Origin: Acidobacteriota bacterium
Lineage (GTDB): Bacteria; Acidobacteriota; UBA6911; RPQK01; JAJDTT01
Assembly (NCBI GenBank): GCA_965217775.1
Contig: CBDCJH010000002.1
Span: 2,112,001 to 2,176,000 of the forward strand
DNA length: 64,000 bases
Reading direction: 5' to 3'
Positions 8,117 through 17,700 of this stretch are shown here, in pieces. Position 1 is the first letter of the stretch; every line of letters begins with the position of its first letter. The notes below the pieces were generated by a model. The model was given only the letters and a program-made list of their open reading frames with translations, ran no database searches and had not been told where the DNA came from. The translations under genes were made by a program, and so were the position numbers.

Positions 8117-9136
8117 ATGGACGTGAGTTTACGGGTTCCTGCGATAGAAAAACTCTTAGATTATGCCGCTAGTGGAATCGGGGCGATCGCCGGACCGATG
8201 TTAGCCAATTGGAGAGCATCCAGAGAAGGAAAGGCTCGACTCACTTCCGCCCATGTTGATGCGGAAGTGCGCCACATTGAAACGAAATCAAACACCCGAT
8301 CCTTGCAGATCATCGCCAAAGCTCAGGCCACGGCTCGGCAATCTATTGACACAACGATTGAGTCAGGGCACGGCATGGTGAAAATCACCCGTGACGACAT
8401 TACCCAGTCAATTGAGTTTCAGGGGCGAAAACGCCTAGCAAATGCCGGATCCGTCGTAGAGAGTGCTGCCGATGAGCTTGGCGGCAAGGAAGTTTCAGGT
8501 CACGAGCCTAACCATGACTGGACGGCGCGAGTCTTTAACTACATACAGGACGTATCTTCAGAAGAGATGCAGTTGCTTTGGGCGAAAGTGCTCGCTGGCG
8601 AGATTCAACGACCCGGGAGTACGTCCATTCAGGCTCTAAGTATTCTGAGAAATCTTGACCAGACCACGGCTAGACTTTTTGAAAAGCTCTGCTCCGCCTG
8701 TGTCTCGATTAGGGTGTCTGGAGATCATTTCATGGATGCTAGAGTTCCTTCATTGGGTGGTCATGCAGGACACAACGTCCTGCGAGATTACGGACTCAGT
8801 TTTGATAACCTCAATGTACTCAACGAGCATGGGCTCGTAATCTCCGACTACAACTCTTGGTACGACTACAGGCTGTGCATAGGGATTCGTATAGGCGAAC
8901 CTGTGCAGCACACCGTCCGAATTCCCTTCCGTTTTCAGGGGCGAAATTGGACTTTGAAGCCGACAACCGAACAGGCTGTAGACCAAGAATTCAAGTTATC
9001 GGGTGTAGCTTTGACCGGATCAGGACGGGAGCTGTCAAGGATTGTCGATTTGGTGCCCGTGAACAAGTACGCTCAAGCCCTAATGAATTTCTTTCAAAAG
9101 AATAATTTGAAAATGATTGAGGTTGATAGAGCCTGA
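8117..9136 (+). CDS. DUF2806 domain-containing protein
   Basis: DWTARVFNYIQDVSSEEMQLLWAKVLAGEIQRPGSTS signature. Confidence 0.8.
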   Translation: MDVSLRVPAIEKLLDYAASGIGAIAGPMLANWRASREGKARLTSAHVDAEVRHIETKSNTRSLQIIAKAQATARQSIDTTIESGHGMVKITRDDITQSIEFQGRKRLANAGSVVESAADELGGKEVSGHEPNHDWTARVFNYIQDVSSEEMQLLWAKVLAGEIQRPGSTSIQALSILRNLDQTTARLFEKLCSACVSIRVSGDHFMDARVPSLGGHAGHNVLRDYGLSFDNLNVLNEHGLVISDYNSWYDYRLCIGIRIGEPVQHTVRIPFRFQGRNWTLKPTTEQAVDQEFKLSGVALTGSGRELSRIVDLVPVNKYAQALMNFFQKNNLKMIEVDRA

Positions 9137-9531
9137 TAGATACGCTTGTCATTGAAGTCGGCACGGACGTTACCGGTCTTTGGGAAGGCTCCAATAAACC
9201 CCTTTTGTGCCCTGAGGGCTTCCCTGGAAGCACCCAGTTTGTTCAATGGGTCATTGCCTCGAACCATGAAGGGTCGGTTGGTTCGCAAGCGAATACTGTG
9301 AGCCGCGCCACCGTTTCTATTCAGCCAAGTCATCGTCTCTTTCAGCAATTCCACCATTCCCACTCATGTGTGTGTCTGCTGCGCCTTCGAAGAAGTGGTC
9401 ACCAAGGAGAAGCCGACCCCAAACTCAGCCATGACGAATGTTCTCTAGCATAACGGTCCGTGCTGAACAGGACAGATCATGTGCCAACGACAGTGCAGCG
9501 CACTAGGATTGCACGGTGGGATGGTTCCTCA

Positions 9532-10128
9532 ATGAGTATCGAGCAGCGCTTCGATGTTCCCGTCATCGCCGCAATGGCGCTCCGGGAGAAGCAGATCCAG
9601 CAGAACTACCGCCCGATCATCAGTGTCCATAAATGGTTCGCCCGCCGGCCGGGAACCTTGTTTCGCGGCCTCGTACTTGCAGAATTCGGCAAAGACCCAC
9701 TGAAAAATGCTTTCTTTCGAGCAAACAACTTTTACGGACTCCGGATCGCCGACTCGTTCATGGGCGGCGGCACGCCGCTGATCGAGGCGAATCGCGTTGG
9801 CTGTGACGTGGATGGTTGTGACGTCAACCCGATGGCGGCCTGGATCGTCCGTGAGGAGGTCGAACACATTGACATGCCGGCCTATGAACGGGCGGCTGAT
9901 GCGCTCACCGCTGCCCTCCGCTCGGAGATCGGCCGATACTATCGGACTTCCTGCCCCCACTACGGAGATGAGGACGTCCCGGTGGAATCCTTTCTGTGGC
10001 TCAAGCAACTCGATTGCGAAGCCTGCAGAATGCCCTTCGATCTATTCCCTGGCTACCTTCTCGCCAAGAATAGGCGGCACCCCAAAAATGTCCTGGTCTG
10101 TCCAACGTGCGGCGATCTCAACGAAGTC
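9532..10128 (+). pseudogene. N-terminal fragment of a DUF1156-type adenine DNA methyltransferase
   Basis: REKQIQQNYRPIISVHKWFARRPG; DSFMGGGTPLIEANRVG; CxxC pairs. Ends abruptly after CGDLNEV. Confidence 0.8.
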
Positions 10129-10551
10129 CGGTCGGATCTTGACACTTATGTCGATGCCGTGTTCGGGTGTCTCACGTTCGAGTTTCTCGTCATGCCCAAG
10201 GGCGACGGGTTTGTCGAGTTTCCCGTGTTCGAGAACGGGTACGAAGCCCTGAAGCGCGCCACCGCCAGCTTCCGCGAAGTCACCCCTGGTACAGTCGCAG
10301 CGGTTGTATTCGAGACGCCAATTTTACTGATCGTCCTTCGGTGCATGCTGGGGTTCACACCGCCGGAGTGGACTTAATACGCAAACAGGCACACCGGCGT
10401 CAACGTGACGCAGGGCGCGGCCCGTGCGATCGACCGGAAAATCCGCATGAAACCCGAGACGGCCTTGCCTACGAAGGGAAGTGTGACCGAACGGCGCATT
10501 CGCGCGCTGATCGCTGCCGCCTGTCATGCCCTGGAGTCCGGGGTTCGTGAG
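10129..10551 (+). pseudogene. Fragment of a probable R-M partner gene (putative endonuclease), fused in frame to the MTase piece
   Basis: EFLVMPKGDGFVEFPVFENGYEALK...LRCMLGFTPPEW. After an in-frame TAA at 10375 the frame stays open until repeat 9. Confidence 0.5.
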
Positions 10552-10576
10552 GAGAGGAGGTGACTGTCCCCTTCTC
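10552..10576 (+). repeat. 25-bp array repeat, copy 9
   Basis: Exact consensus. Confidence 0.95.
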
Positions 10577-11023
10577 CCGGGTGGGTCTGGCGGGGACGAA
10601 GTGGGCGCGGCACAGAGCTGGACGATGCGCCTGAAACTGCTGAAGATCGGGGCCCAGGTCCGGGTCACGACGCGCAAGGTCTGGTTGTCGTTTTCCGAGA
10701 GCTACCCCTATGCGGCGTTGTTGAGAACGGCTCTGGCGCAAGTGCAAGCCCTCCCGCTTCGCTGTTAGCGAGAACTCGCCCGATGCAAGACGTCCGGTTG
10801 GGAATCCGCGGGATGGACTTTGCCCTGGAGTCGGTTCATTGGGGGTGAAACGTCGCTCATGAGTGCCGGCGGGAGGCCAAATGCTTCTGGACTTTGCCGG
10901 ATTCCGGCATTCGTCAACGCATTCGAGCCGACGGCATGGTTCTCGATTTCATGTGGACAAGAAACCACTGAAATGCTGTTAATAAAACCGATTGTCGCGT
11001 CCGTGTTGAGAAATTGCGGCTAG
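10577..11023 (+). mobile_element. IS1380-family remnant: transposase C-terminus plus probable right end
   Basis: TMRLKLLKIGAQVRVTTRKVWLSFSESYPY, typical of the IS1380 C-terminus; end-like TGAGAAATTGCGGCTAG near 11007-11023. Starts immediately after repeat 9. Confidence 0.8.
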
Positions 11024-11073
11024 CAGTTGAAGGACGAATTGCTCTTGGGGTGTTGTCAGTTCTTCGGGTTCGG

Positions 11074-11550
11074 TCATGCTGTCCATTTGCAAAAGATGAG
11101 GCAAAGATTGACGATCATGGTAACGAAGAATAGTAATAGGAATGAAGTTGGCAGGATTGTCTCGACAACTGTTAGCTTTGCGTAGCTTCGATATTCCTTC
11201 CCTTCTTTCAGCAGTTCCCATTCTCGTTTGAAGAACGGATAAGGCAACTCCTTCTCCATTTCTTGCAAGGCTTTGAACTTTCCGGAGTTGAGTTGTCTGT
11301 AGGATCGAATAACAATGTACCACGAGAGTGAAAGGAAAATCCCCACGACTGAAGCGACGGCCAGGACGGTTGGCACGGGTCCGTCACCAAATCTGACTAA
11401 GGCTCCGGTAAATGCTACGAATGTTGTAAGCATCCCGGCATAAAGCCGATTGGCTCCCTCCCGACGTTGACTTACTCTGTCAGCAAGTCGAGCGTGAAGC
11501 TTGTAGATTTCCAATAGCGTACTGGATTGCGAATCGGGAGGATCGGTCAT
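11074..11550 (-). CDS. Small multi-TM membrane protein, candidate defence effector (resembles proteins annotated RipA-like/octameric membrane protein)
   Basis: EIYKL...ADRVSQRREGANRLY; about 3 hydrophobic helices; SYRQLNSGKFKALQEMEKELP. Starts 3 nt downstream of the TIR gene. Confidence 0.65.
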   Translation of the reverse strand: MTDPPDSQSSTLLEIYKLHARLADRVSQRREGANRLYAGMLTTFVAFTGALVRFGDGPVPTVLAVASVVGIFLSLSWYIVIRSYRQLNSGKFKALQEMEKELPYPFFKREWELLKEGKEYRSYAKLTVVETILPTSFLLLFFVTMIVNLCLIFCKWTA

Positions 11551-11553
11551 TGT

Positions 11554-11964
11554 CTAACCCTGCCTTCTAATCGCAGCGACGATACTCTCGGTATTCCAGT
11601 TAACAATCTCGTCGGCGGCCACCGTAACCACCGTTGACATATTCGTATTTCCCCACGGTTTAATTGCGATTATAGGTTTGGGGGACGAGAAACCGTTTTT
11701 TGCTATACCAATCTCTTCTTTTATCCACTTGCTATAAGTGGAGTACACTCCGGCCATGATAAGTATGACGTGACATGGTCTCATATGGTTTGTGATTGCT
11801 TCTCGAAGCTCGTCCTCATTGTCCGCGTCGTGGACTGGATCATCTTTGGGAACCGAATAGTCCCTGAACGAGAAGTAGGCTCTAGAATTCAAAAGATTTA
11901 TAAGTCTATCGTAATTCTCTGAGTAGGACCATGAATGGCTAATAAACAAATTGTAAGTTTTCAT
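11554..11964 (-). CDS. TIR-like domain protein (ThsB/MTH538/DUF1863 type)
   Basis: YNLFISHSW...DYSVPKDDP...SKWIKEEI (catalytic Glu)...KPIIAIKPWG...ADEIVNWNTESIVAAIR. Confidence 0.88.
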   Translation of the reverse strand: MKTYNLFISHSWSYSENYDRLINLLNSRAYFSFRDYSVPKDDPVHDADNEDELREAITNHMRPCHVILIMAGVYSTYSKWIKEEIGIAKNGFSSPKPIIAIKPWGNTNMSTVVTVAADEIVNWNTESIVAAIRRQG

Positions 11965-12209
11965 TCCTGTCTCCTTGAACGGTAGTCTCACCGTCGATTA
12001 CTGGGCAATCTGCTCACTTTACTACAATGGACTGACGAATACCTCAGTGACTTTCCTGAGTCGAAGGGAGTATCATGAACTGAGGACGGGCAATGACTGT
12101 CTGACTCCTGTAGCTCAGTCAAAGGTTCAGCAGGAGTCGCATTCTGGTTCTACCTGTCATCCTTCCCTTACCACAGGTTGGAGTCTGGCTTGAGTTTGTC
12201 AACTAGGAT

Positions 12210-12640
12210 TTATAATTCCCAATTCAAAACATTCTCGCCGAAATCTCCAAGAGAAGAGATCCGGTTCCTCAAGGCGGCAAGAGGGATGGAGTCAAAGTAG
12301 TTAGCAAGATCAGTGATGACGACGTAGTTGTAGGATCGCGCGAACTTCCAGATCCGTTCCTGGAATCGCGGCCACAGAATCCACCAAGGATACGCGAATG
12401 TGCCGTCAACCTCCTCGGGAGTCGGGAGAGCATGATTCTGGGAGTAGTAGGCGTTCGGATGGGGCTGATCAGCCCTGATCTCCCTCTCTAGAACATTGAC
12501 CAGAGTCTGGAGAAGAATAGCGTCTGCCGCCGACGGCAGAACCAATCGCCGAGGGATTCCTCCCCGTTTCTCTAGCAGTATGATCTCGGGTGGGGACGGG
12601 CGATACTGACCTGAAAGGACTTCACTTCTTAGCAAGGACC
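12210..12640 (-). pseudogene. Internal fragment of a non-intron reverse transcriptase (RT1-RT3 region)
   Basis: YRPSPPEIILLEKRGGIPRRLVLPSAADAILL and VVITDLANYFDSI. No start codon, no YxDD; begins at repeat 10. Confidence 0.75.
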
Positions 12641-12665
12641 GAGAGGAGGTGGCTGTCCCCTTCTC
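12641..12665 (+). repeat. 25-bp array repeat, copy 10
   Basis: GAGAGGAGGTGGCTGTCCCCTTCTC. Confidence 0.93.
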
Positions 12666-12758
12666 ACGCGCACGCACGAGTGTTGGAACCTCTCCGCTGT
12701 GTCCAATGGAATCCAGGAGACGACCCAAGGGTGGCGAGAGTGTACGTGAGAACGATGG

Positions 12759-13031
12759 TCATTCGAGCGCTACGAGGCCCAGGATGACACTCATGACGAT
12801 GGCTGTGATGAGAGGGATAACGAGGTAGTAGAGGGTGAGGATGGCCAGGAAAACGTAGAGTATCCACTTGACAGCCCAGACCATGCCGCCGAGATGGCGA
12901 GCTAAGCCAGCCGGGGGAGCTTGTCGGCGCGGCGGCTGGCGCTGTTGGAGGGCCTTCCGCAGATTCTCCGCCTCGCGGCGCATCCTTTCCGCCCGCGAAG
13001 GGCCGGGCGCTGGCGGACATCCTCGAACCAC
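12759..13031 (-). CDS. Small membrane protein (start uncertain)
   Basis: Two C-terminal hydrophobic helices. Confidence 0.35.
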   Translation of the reverse strand: MVRGCPPAPGPSRAERMRREAENLRKALQQRQPPRRQAPPAGLARHLGGMVWAVKWILYVFLAILTLYYLVIPLITAIVMSVILGLVALE

Positions 13032-13260
13032 TGGCCTACATCTGGCGGGTCTTCCCCGTCAGCCTCCCTGAAAAGGCCCGAGAAGTAGTGGTCACGGACC
13101 TGCTCAACCAGAACAACCACCAGCCGTCCATTAGGTCGTCTGGTTGGCAAGTTCCATGGGTCATAAACTAAGTATAGCCCGCCTCAGAACGGACAATCCA
13201 CTTCCCCCACTGTGGACTGTCTCCTCTGGGGCCACAAAAAACGTGACCGATCTCCGTGGC

Positions 13261-13285
13261 GAGAGGAAATGACTTTCCCCTCTCT
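13261..13285 (+). repeat. Degenerate array repeat, copy 11
   Basis: GAGAGGAAATGACTTTCCCCTCTCT, same orientation as the others. Confidence 0.6.
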
Positions 13286-13377
13286 AAAGGGCAACAGACA
13301 TGGCTTTCAAAAACTCTTTTTTGCGCCTTTCGATTTCCTTCCCGTTGATCAGGATTTTCATAGATAAACTCCAATTT

Positions 13378-14019
13378 TCACTGTCGTCGGTCGGCGCCAC
13401 GCAGAGAGGTGGAAAGCTCCGGTGAGGGCGTTTGCAAACTCCATTCGGTCTTGTCGTGCAGACGATCTGGCGGTTCGGAAAGCAGCTCCCAGTGGTTCTC
13501 AAAGGCCAATAGATGGCGCTCGATCATCCTCAAATGGGCCAAGTGTGGGTGACCCGGTGCAATCGGAAAGCGCAAATGAAAGGGAAATGAGGGACTGCGT
13601 TGTGAGCCGTCCTTCTTCGGCACGGGGTACCAATAGTCGAAGTGCTTCTGAGTGAGCTTTTCTGCAAGGGCCACGGGCAGGACGACGAACCTGGGCGAAG
13701 CGCCATAGCTCACTCCGACAACGATGTCGGCCACGAGTGGACTGGGTTTAGAGTTGAACATCGGCTTGGAGCCATGAAGGTAACCGGTCCCGTAATAACC
13801 GAAGGCCAGTGACAGAGAGCGGGGATTCTCCGAGGTCGCATTGTTCGCTGTCTTCACTTGTACGGAGACTCGATGCAACCCCCTGATGGCCACCAAATCA
13901 GCATTGGATGCCATTTGCGCGGCATCAAGACGTACAGGGTGCCAACCATGTTCGATCAACTGCTTCTCGACTAGCAACTCGCCCAGTCGGCCAATTAGCT
14001 TAGTGTCCATGGTGGCCAT
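13378..14019 (-). CDS. PD-(D/E)XK family nuclease
   Basis: IGRLGELLVEKQL...NADLVAI...VSVQVKT. Confidence 0.75.
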   Translation of the reverse strand: MATMDTKLIGRLGELLVEKQLIEHGWHPVRLDAAQMASNADLVAIRGLHRVSVQVKTANNATSENPRSLSLAFGYYGTGYLHGSKPMFNSKPSPLVADIVVGVSYGASPRFVVLPVALAEKLTQKHFDYWYPVPKKDGSQRSPSFPFHLRFPIAPGHPHLAHLRMIERHLLAFENHWELLSEPPDRLHDKTEWSLQTPSPELSTSLRGADRRQ

Positions 14020-14062
14020 GACTTTTCTCTTTGGGTCTGCTCTCCATGCCGGAGAGGAGTGC

Positions 14063-14662
14063 CTACTCAGAAGGTGTCCAGTTGAGACGATGTTCGATGC
14101 GGCTACGGTAGGGTGTCTTGATTCGCCGGGGGGCGTAGCGCACGTATTGCTTGGCATGGGCTCGGGCGCAGCCGGAGAGGCCGTCGAGATGTGCGACAGC
14201 CTCATCCTCTGTCGGACAGACACCCTCTTGGTCGAAGAATCTCGGTCCTAGTGCTGTCCAGATCACATGGTCAATACTACGGCTTGAAGCCCAGGCTCCT
14301 AGGTTTTCGATATTCGGCTCCCCGTTTTCTTTGGGCCAATGCCCGATCTTGCAGATGCTTGTTCCCTCTCGCCTTGCCAAGTCTCTCAGCGCTTCGTCTG
14401 GAGTCGTCACGGTCATACGAGCCCAGAAACTGCATACGGATTTCGGGGTGTCGTGTAGCACCAGAGTGAGACGGTCCCCCTTAGACTGACGCACGAATTC
14501 CACCTTAACCTTCGGGCCATCTGGCTGCCAGTCGCCAACCTCTTTCCCCAGCGTCTCGGCGCAACGCGCCCAGTACGGAAGATTCCTACGTGTCTTCAGC
14601 TTCTCTATGGGCAGCCCACCAAGATTCCAAATGAGCGATCCCCAGCCCAGACACACAATCAT
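14063..14662 (-). CDS. Hypothetical protein, gamma-glutamylcyclotransferase-like N-terminus
   Basis: IVCLGWGSLIW...DGP..VEFVRQS..RLTLVL...LARREG...YVRYAP. Confidence 0.55.
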   Translation of the reverse strand: MIVCLGWGSLIWNLGGLPIEKLKTRRNLPYWARCAETLGKEVGDWQPDGPKVKVEFVRQSKGDRLTLVLHDTPKSVCSFWARMTVTTPDEALRDLARREGTSICKIGHWPKENGEPNIENLGAWASSRSIDHVIWTALGPRFFDQEGVCPTEDEAVAHLDGLSGCARAHAKQYVRYAPRRIKTPYRSRIEHRLNWTPSE

Positions 14663-14732
14663 GTCGTAATTTTACAATCGTTAACTGAAATTATCGGCAG
14701 CAATCCCCGTCGCGCTCCCCACCTGAAATCAA

Positions 14733-17700
14733 CTAATTTCCCTTCTGTGGATCCTGATTCTCCGGCCTCAGCGACGGGTGAAGCATCATCTCTTCGTAGA
14801 CTTCCTCCCCGTAGCCGATCCCGGCGCTCTCGGTGCCGACCTCGTACTGATACTTGAGGATGAAAGAGATCAGATCGGCCATTTCCTGATGGTTGATGGT
14901 CTCTTCCAGACCCTCGGGCATGAGGGAGTTGGTCGTCGCCCGGATCTCACGGATGTTCTCCCGCAACAGGGTGTTCCGCAGGTCGTCGCCCTCCACCAGG
15001 GTCACGCTGGTGGCCGTCTCATCCGTTAGCAGACCGGTGTAGAGCCCCCCTTTGAGGTCCGTCGCAACGTACTGCAAATACTGGGGTTCGACGAAACGGT
15101 TGGGATCCAGGATGTTCACCAGGAGGGACTCGGGATCCTTCTCCGAGCCGCGGATCAGGTTCGGTCCGATGGGGTGCTCCCGGGAAGAGAGCCGGTGGCA
15201 CTTGAGGCATTCCCGACGGTAGACGGCCTCGCCGCGTTTGTGGTCGCCGGTCAGAGACAAGCTGGCCTGAAATTCGACCAGCACGTCCTTGCGAGACCCC
15301 AGTTCCTCGGACCCCAGTAGCCGGGCCGCCCGCTCGCGGATAGTCTCGTCGTCGTGGTTCACGAGGAGATCCCGACGCTTGGCGTCGATCTGGTTGGCTG
15401 CGACCGACTCCTCCGAGACGGCCTCAAGCAAGGCCGAGGTCCATTCCTGTCGCGCGAAGAGAGTCTCCAGGATCTTGCTTCGGGTTCGGGGAGAATGCGC
15501 CATCCAGTCCTCCAGCAGGAGACCCGGTATCTCCGGGCTCTGGAAGCCCGCCAAGGCATCGATTGCCGCGATTTGGAGGTCCTGAGGCTGTTGGGGATCC
15601 ACCAGCGAGGCCAGTACGGGCTTCACTCGAGCCAGCCGGTCATGGTGAAGCAGCCGGATGGATTCGAGCCGGTCCCCCAGGGAAGCGGACTCGTCGGCGA
15701 CGATCTTGCCCGCACGCTCCATGTGAGCCTTGATCATGGAGGCTGCGGAGGCCGGGAGCCTTCGCAGCCCCAAGAGCGACCCGCCGGAATAGGCCAGGCC
15801 TTCGGCCATTCCGAGGATGATCTCCTGCCTTGCGGACGGTCTTGCGGCCAACACCGGATTGGCGGCCATGACGCCGAGAACCCGCCTCAACTCCCGTGCG
15901 CGTTCCCGGGCCCCCACGGCCCGGGCTAGCCGGGACAACCACTGGACCGATTTGGGTTGCGCCAGAAACGTCTCCTCGTTGGCCAACCGGGCAAACAGTT
16001 GGTGGCCGAATTCGGCACAGGAACTCAGGACGGCGTTCCGGACCCAGAAGTCGCCCGTATCTTCCCGGGCGATCCGGACCAGTGCGGGAAGAGCCCTCTG
16101 CCCTCGCACCTCGCCCAGACTCAGGGCCACCTGGAACCGGACCCGGATTTCCGGGTCCTGGGCCAGGTCCGACACCTTCCGGAACAGGGCGCGGGACCGA
16201 TTCAAGCGGGATTCGGCCAGCCGGACGGCGTGGACCCGGACACCGGCTTCAGGATCCCCCAGACCCCGCAGCAGGTCCCGGTCCCGGAGCGAACCAAGAC
16301 CCTCCAGGGACCAGAGTGCATGCATCCGGGCCAGGGGACGGGAACTCTCCCTCAAGAGCCGGCGCAGGAGGGGCGCCGCCGACCGGTCTTCCCGTTCACG
16401 GATCAGACGGTGGGCCGTCGCCCGCCACCAGCCCCCATCGTGTTCCAGATGGGCGACCAGTTCCTCGATCGTCGCCTCGCCCAACCGGGGCGGAGGCGGC
16501 GACACGAATCCCGGGGGCGCCAGGCGATAGATGCGTCCCCGATCTCGTCCGCTGGTGAAATCCAGGTGCTTCATCACCCGTCCGGGGACGTGGGTCGCCT
16601 CGATCAGCTCCCGGGACATGTCCAGGAAGTACACGGTTCCATCAGGCGCATTGACCGCATTCACGGGCCGAAACCAGTTGTCGGCGGTGCGGACGAACTC
16701 CGAGCCCTCCGCCTCCCCCCGCTCTGAGCGGAAAGTGACTCCGTCGTCGATGAGAACCCGGCGGTGGATCAGGTTGCCCGTATTGGCGCCCATGAAGTAG
16801 CTGCCCCGGTACTTCTCCGGGTAGGCGTGGCCCGTATACATGGTCACCCCCGAACCGGCCGTCAGGTAGTCGTGACCGACGCCCGCGCTCCGGGAAGAGG
16901 ACCCGGCGAAGATTCGCCGCGCCTGACGAATGGTGCGCCAGCCCTCCACCGGACTGATCTTGTAGAGGCGGGTCTGGCCCTGGACCAAGGGCTTCACCTG
17001 GTTGGCGCCCGGTCCCAGCCACCGGTGCAGATTGACGAAAAGGTAGGGGTTCCGTTCCAGGTAGCGGGCCGGCAACACCACGTGGCACCCCGGCATCCCC
17101 TGGTTGCAGACGAAGCGGTTGAACCATTGGTCGAAGGCGTGCCCGAACTGGAAGGTCTGGGTGGTGGTCTCGAACCGTCCGCTCACGGGATCGAAGCGGA
17201 AATCCCGGGCGCCCAATGAGACTGGACGCGAATCCGGATTCTCCAAGGATCGGATCTCGCCGGCGTTTCCGGAAGCGATCCCATAGATCCAATGGTCCAC
17301 CCCCATGATGATGCTGTTCATCATCTGCTGCTCGTTCTGGTGTCCGAAGCCCGAATAGACCTTCTTCCGGATGTCGGCCTTGGCGTCACCGTCGGTGTCC
17401 TTGAGGTACCAGATGTCGGGGGGAGCGGTAACGTAGACCCCTCCGTTCCAGACCGTCACTCCGGTGGGCCACAGCAACTCGTCGGCAAAGACGTGGCTCT
17501 GGTCCAGGGTGCCGTCGCCGTCGGTGTCCTCCAGCAAGCGGACCACGCCGATGGGCTTCTCGCCCGGACCCGGCTGGTAGGGATAGTCCCGCATCTCGGC
17601 CACGTAGAGGCGGCCGTTCTCGTCGAACGCGGCCGCCACCGGGTCGTTCACCAGGGGCTCATGGGCCACCATCTCCATACGGAATCCGTCGACCGCCTCG

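Noticed and set aside
9094-9460. Short minus-strand ORF pieces
   Set aside because: Interrupted and without recognisable motifs; cannot be assigned.
11992-12209. Possible retron/DRT ncRNA between the RT fragment and the TIR gene (GACTCCTG...CAGGAGTC stem)
   Set aside because: Only one 8-bp stem is evident, it lies downstream of a truncated RT, and no msr/msd inverted repeats were recognised.
13205-13231. CCCCCACTGTGGACTGTCTCCTCTGGGG as another array repeat
   Set aside because: It shares only GACTGTC-CC with the consensus and the left arm does not match.
547-13285. CRISPR array interpretation of the 25-bp direct repeats
   Set aside because: Spacers are 66 to about 2660 bp and contain genes; no cas genes or leader are visible.
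547-13285. Classical integron attC array or XerCD dif modules
   Set aside because: No RYYYAAC/GTTRRRY ends, the repeat is too short and invariant for attC, cargo lies on both strands, no IntI is present, and there is no resemblance to dif arms.
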